This document shows, piece by piece, positions 61,018 through 64,000 of a stretch of 64,000 nt of DNA. A program made the position numbers and the translations under genes. The stretch covers positions 8,174-72,173 of the forward strand of contig CAZCJX010000003.1 of the NCBI GenBank assembly GCA_964499205.1. Reading direction: 5' to 3'. The stretch's first letter is position 1. Every line of letters starts with the position of its first letter. The notes under the pieces were generated by a model. It saw only the letters and a program-made list of their open reading frames with translations, was not told the DNA's origin and did no database searches. Origin of the DNA: an uncultured Actinomycetes bacterium. GTDB taxonomy: Bacteria; Chloroflexota; Dormibacteria; Aeolococcales; Aeolococcaceae.

Positions 61018-63018
61018 ATGCCCGCCACCAGCCCGCCCAATCCCTTCGCCCGGCAGACCCCGGGGGGCTCGGCGCCGCGGCCGCCCCGTCGCTCCAACAC
61101 CCGCGCCTGGCTCTGGATCACCCTCGCCCTGCTCGCCGTCAACGTCATCATCGCCAACGTCGTGCCCTCCGGTGGCGGCACCAACCGGGTGACCATTCCC
61201 TACACCACCTTCCTGCAGCAGGTCCAGGCGGACAACGTGGCCAGCGTCACCGCCACCGCCGACAGCATCGACGGCACCGCCAAGAAGCCGGTGTCGGCGC
61301 CGGGCAGCAGCAGCAAGTCGGTCGACTTCCACACCGTGGTGCCCAGCTTCAGCAGCACCGGCAGCGGCACCATCGCCAGCAGCCTGGAGACGCTGCTGCA
61401 GCAGCACAACGTGCAGGTCACCGCCCAACCCGCGTCGCAGAGCGGCAACGTGCTGCTCACCCTGCTGCTCAGCTTCGGTCCCACCATCCTGCTCATCGGC
61501 GGCTTCTTCCTGCTCAGCCGCGCCGCGGCGCGGGCCACCAGCGGCGGCGGCATCATGGGCTTCGGCCGCAGCACCGCGCGCCTCTACGACGCTGAGCGCC
61601 CCGCCACCACCTTCGCCGACGTGGCCGGCATCGACGACGCCAAGGAGGAGCTGGTCGAGGTCGTCGACTTCCTCCGCGAGCCGCAGAAGTACCAGCGCCT
61701 CGGCGGCACCGTGCCCAAGGGCGTGCTGCTGGTCGGCGCGCCGGGAACGGGCAAGACGCTGCTGGCCAGGGCGGTCGCCGGCGAGGCGCGGGTCCCCTTC
61801 TTCTCCATCTCCGCAAGCGAATTCGTCGAGGCCATCGTCGGCGTCGGCGCGGCGCGGGTGCGCGACCTCTTCCAGAAGGCGCGTGCCGCGGCGCCGGCAA
61901 TCGTGTTCATCGACGAGCTCGACGCCGTCGGCCGCAGCCGCGCCGCCGCGGTGCGCATCGGCGGGCACGACGAGCAGGAGCAGACGCTCAACCAGATCCT
62001 CACCGAGATGGACGGCTTCGACTCCCGCGAGGGCGTCATCGTCATCGCCGCCACCAACCGCGCCGACGTGCTCGACGAGGCGCTGCTGCGTCCCGGCCGC
62101 TTCGACCGCCGGGTGGTGGTGTCGCCGCCCGACCGCGTCGGCCGCGCCGCCATCCTGCGCATCCACACCAAGGGAGTCCAGCTGGCGCCCGACGTCGACC
62201 TCGACGTGCTGGCGCAGATGACCCCGGGAGTGGTCGGCGCCGAGCTGCGCAACCTGGTCAACGAGGCGGCGCTGCTGGCGGCGCGGCGCAACCACGACGC
62301 GGTGACCATGGACGACTTCTCCGCCGCGCTGGAGAAGATCCAGCTGGGCACCGAGCGGCGCATCGTGCTGAGCCGCGAGGACCGCGAGCGCATCGCCTAC
62401 CACGAGAGTGGCCACGCGCTGCTCGGCCTGCTCATCCCCGGCAGCGACCCGGTGCGCCGGGTCAGCATCGTGCCGCGCGGGCGCGCCCTCGGCGTCACCC
62501 TGCAGTCGCCGGTCGACGACCGGCAGAACTACCCGGAGAGCTACCTGCGCGCCCGCATCACCGCCGCCCTGGGTGGGCGCGCCGCAGAGGCGATCGTCTA
62601 CGGCGTGGTCACCACCGGCGCGGAGAACGACCTGCTGCAGGTCACCCGGCTGGCCCGGGAGATGGTGACGCGCTGGGGCATGAGCGAGCGGCTCGGCCCG
62701 CTCAACCTCAGCGTCGACGGCGAGACGCCGCTGGGGGTGCAGCGCCCTTACAGCGACGCCACCGCGCAGCTGGTCGACGACGAGGTGCGCCGCATCGTGC
62801 AGGACGGCCTGAAGCAGGCCTGCTCGCTGCTCAACGAGCATCGCAGCCAGCTCGACGCGCTGGTGCAGGCGCTGCTGGCCAAGGAGACCCTCGGCGAGGC
62901 GGAGATCCTGCAGATCACCGGCATCGCCCCGCAGCCGCGTCCCGAGACGCCGGAGCAGATCGAGAAGGAGGTGGCGGCAACGCCGGCCGCGCCCAGCGGC
63001 TCGATGCCGGTGGAGTGA
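61018..63018 (+). CDS. ftsH: ATP-dependent zinc metalloprotease FtsH
   Basis: Two N-terminal TM segments, Walker A GAPGTGKT, Walker B IVFIDELD, second region of homology, zinc motif HESGHAL. ATG 61018 is preceded by GGAGGAG. Confidence 0.95.
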   Translation: MPATSPPNPFARQTPGGSAPRPPRRSNTRAWLWITLALLAVNVIIANVVPSGGGTNRVTIPYTTFLQQVQADNVASVTATADSIDGTAKKPVSAPGSSSKSVDFHTVVPSFSSTGSGTIASSLETLLQQHNVQVTAQPASQSGNVLLTLLLSFGPTILLIGGFFLLSRAAARATSGGGIMGFGRSTARLYDAERPATTFADVAGIDDAKEELVEVVDFLREPQKYQRLGGTVPKGVLLVGAPGTGKTLLARAVAGEARVPFFSISASEFVEAIVGVGAARVRDLFQKARAAAPAIVFIDELDAVGRSRAAAVRIGGHDEQEQTLNQILTEMDGFDSREGVIVIAATNRADVLDEALLRPGRFDRRVVVSPPDRVGRAAILRIHTKGVQLAPDVDLDVLAQMTPGVVGAELRNLVNEAALLAARRNHDAVTMDDFSAALEKIQLGTERRIVLSREDRERIAYHESGHALLGLLIPGSDPVRRVSIVPRGRALGVTLQSPVDDRQNYPESYLRARITAALGGRAAEAIVYGVVTTGAENDLLQVTRLAREMVTRWGMSERLGPLNLSVDGETPLGVQRPYSDATAQLVDDEVRRIVQDGLKQACSLLNEHRSQLDALVQALLAKETLGEAEILQITGIAPQPRPETPEQIEKEVAATPAAPSGSMPVE

Positions 63019-63056
63019 CGCCGTCCCGGGGGTCCGGCTGATACCTCTGTCTCAGA

Positions 63057-63062
63057 TACAAT
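63057..63062 (+). promoter_or_regulatory. candidate -10 box (TACAAT) for a leaderless MarR transcript
   Basis: TACAAT ends 7 nt before GTG 63070. Direct GATAC repeats at 63040-63044 and 63055-63059. Confidence 0.4.
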
Positions 63063-63069
63063 CCGGCGC

Positions 63070-63540
63070 GTGGCGATCACCGAGGCCGACGCCGACCTGC
63101 ACCAGCTGGCGGCGCAGCTGACGCCACTGCTGGGCCGGCTGCGCCGCGCCGTCAACCGCTCGGTGCGCAGCAGTGTGCCCGGCCTGCGGCTTCCCGAGGC
63201 GCAGATGGACGTGCTGCGCGTCGTCGTCACCGAGACGCAGCCGCGCGTCCAGGACGTCGCCGCGCGCCTGCATCTCGCTCCCAACACGGTGAGCACATTG
63301 GTCGCCGCGCTGGTCGACCGCGGCCTGGTGCTGCGCAGGGCGGACGCAGAGGACCGCCGTGTGGTGCGCCTCTCCCCCACCGCCCAGGCGCGCCGCCGCA
63401 TCGCGGCGTGGCGGGCGCGGCGCACCGACGTCGTCGACGCCCACCTGCGGCGGCTGCCCGCCGCCGATCGCCGCGCCCTGGCCCGCGCGCTGCCCGTTCT
63501 CGAACGGCTCACCGAGTCGCTGGAGGACGACGATGGCTGA
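63070..63540 (+). CDS. MarR-family transcriptional regulator
   Basis: w[63 protein letters not shown]. Confidence 0.9.
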   Translation: MAITEADADLHQLAAQLTPLLGRLRRAVNRSVRSSVPGLRLPEAQMDVLRVVVTETQPRVQDVAARLHLAPNTVSTLVAALVDRGLVLRRADAEDRRVVRLSPTAQARRRIAAWRARRTDVVDAHLRRLPAADRRALARALPVLERLTESLEDDDG

Positions 63541-64000
63541 CGCGCCGCCCATCGAATGCGACGACCTGCACGTGTGGTTCGGCGAGGTGCACGCCGTCGA
63601 CGGCGTCTCGTTCACCGTGCAACGCGGCGAGGTCCACGGCCTGCTCGGGCCCAACGGCGCCGGCAAGACGACCACCATCCGGGTGCTCACCACCCTGGTC
63701 CCGCCCGACCGCGGCAGCGCCCGCGTCTTCGGCCTCGACGTGCGCCGCGACGCCATGCGGGTGCGCCACCTCATCGGCTACCTGCCCCAGCAGCTCTCCG
63801 CCGACAGCGGGCTCACCGGCTACGAGAACGTCTGGCTGTTCGCCCGACTCTTCGACCTGCCGCGCAGCGAGCGGCGCGAGCGCATCCGCGACGCGCTGGT
63901 CGCCATGGGCCTCGACGACGTGCGCGACCGCCTGGTGTCGACGTATTCCGGCGGCATGGTGCGGCGTCTCGAGCTGGCCCAGGCGCTGGTCAACCGCCCG
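63533..64000 (+). CDS. ABC transporter ATP-binding protein (DrrA/ABC-2 exporter type), 3' end outside the window
   Basis: Not in the ORF track because there is no stop before the window end. ATG 63533 overlaps the MarR stop by 8 nt. Walker [11 protein letters not shown]-loop YLPQQ, signature YSGGMVRR. Confidence 0.85.
   Translation, partial: MADAPPIECDDLHVWFGEVHAVDGVSFTVQRGEVHGLLGPNGAGKTTTIRVLTTLVPPDRGSARVFGLDVRRDAMRVRHLIGYLPQQLSADSGLTGYENVWLFARLFDLPRSERRERIRDALVAMGLDDVRDRLVSTYSGGMVRRLELAQALVNRP

Overview
Very GC-rich, gene-dense chromosomal DNA. Third codon positions are almost all G/C, and the short AT-richer intergenic spacers stand out by eye. Several hallmarks look Actinomycetota-like: LLM/F420-type oxidoreductases, a DinB/TIGR03086-type protein, many GTG starts, and TANNNT boxes 7-8 nt from start codons. 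I call 60 protein-coding genes, two of them cut by the window edges. I saw no rRNA, tRNA, CRISPR array, transposase, integrase or phage gene.

Layout:
- 1-10.6 kb: an envelope/regulatory mix. It holds a partial LuxR, an LPNTA-anchored Asp-box propeller, SRPBCC and DinB-like genes, a monocistronic orphan CpaF-type ATPase, a membrane-anchored SCO1-TlpA fusion, an MFS pump and an 8-Cys secreted protein.
- 10.7-18.5 kb: an Ssu/Tau-like ABC importer with a divergent LysR regulator, then MFS, GlcG, cupin, LLM and SDR genes.
- 18.6-59.1 kb: one large acyl-CoA-centred catabolic supercluster with three parts. (a) An 11-gene beta-oxidation-like operon (32331->21192) with GTGA overlaps at 9 of 10 junctions. 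(b) A mosaic of AKR/SDR/LLM/amidohydrolase genes. (c) A 14-gene, 16.3-kb operon (56381->40054) that combines a Liv-type importer, a CoA ligase, a hydratase, thiolase/DUF35, two FadH/OYE-type reductases, a class II aldolase, an amidohydrolase, a cupin and a DapA-like protein.
- 59.1-64 kb: housekeeping and envelope genes (flippase-like, VIT1, FtsH, MarR plus a partial ABC ATPase).

Most long ORFs in the six-frame track are antisense or out-of-frame GC artefacts.

Best candidates for undescribed biology:
- the unassigned catabolic supercluster, including its two DapA-like paralogues that appear to lack the Schiff-base lysine;
- a shared AT-rich promoter/operator motif that links three of its promoters;
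- a recurring palindromic 19-mer;
- the SCO1-TlpA fusion beside the orphan CpaF.

All family assignments come from reading motifs by eye. No database search was run.
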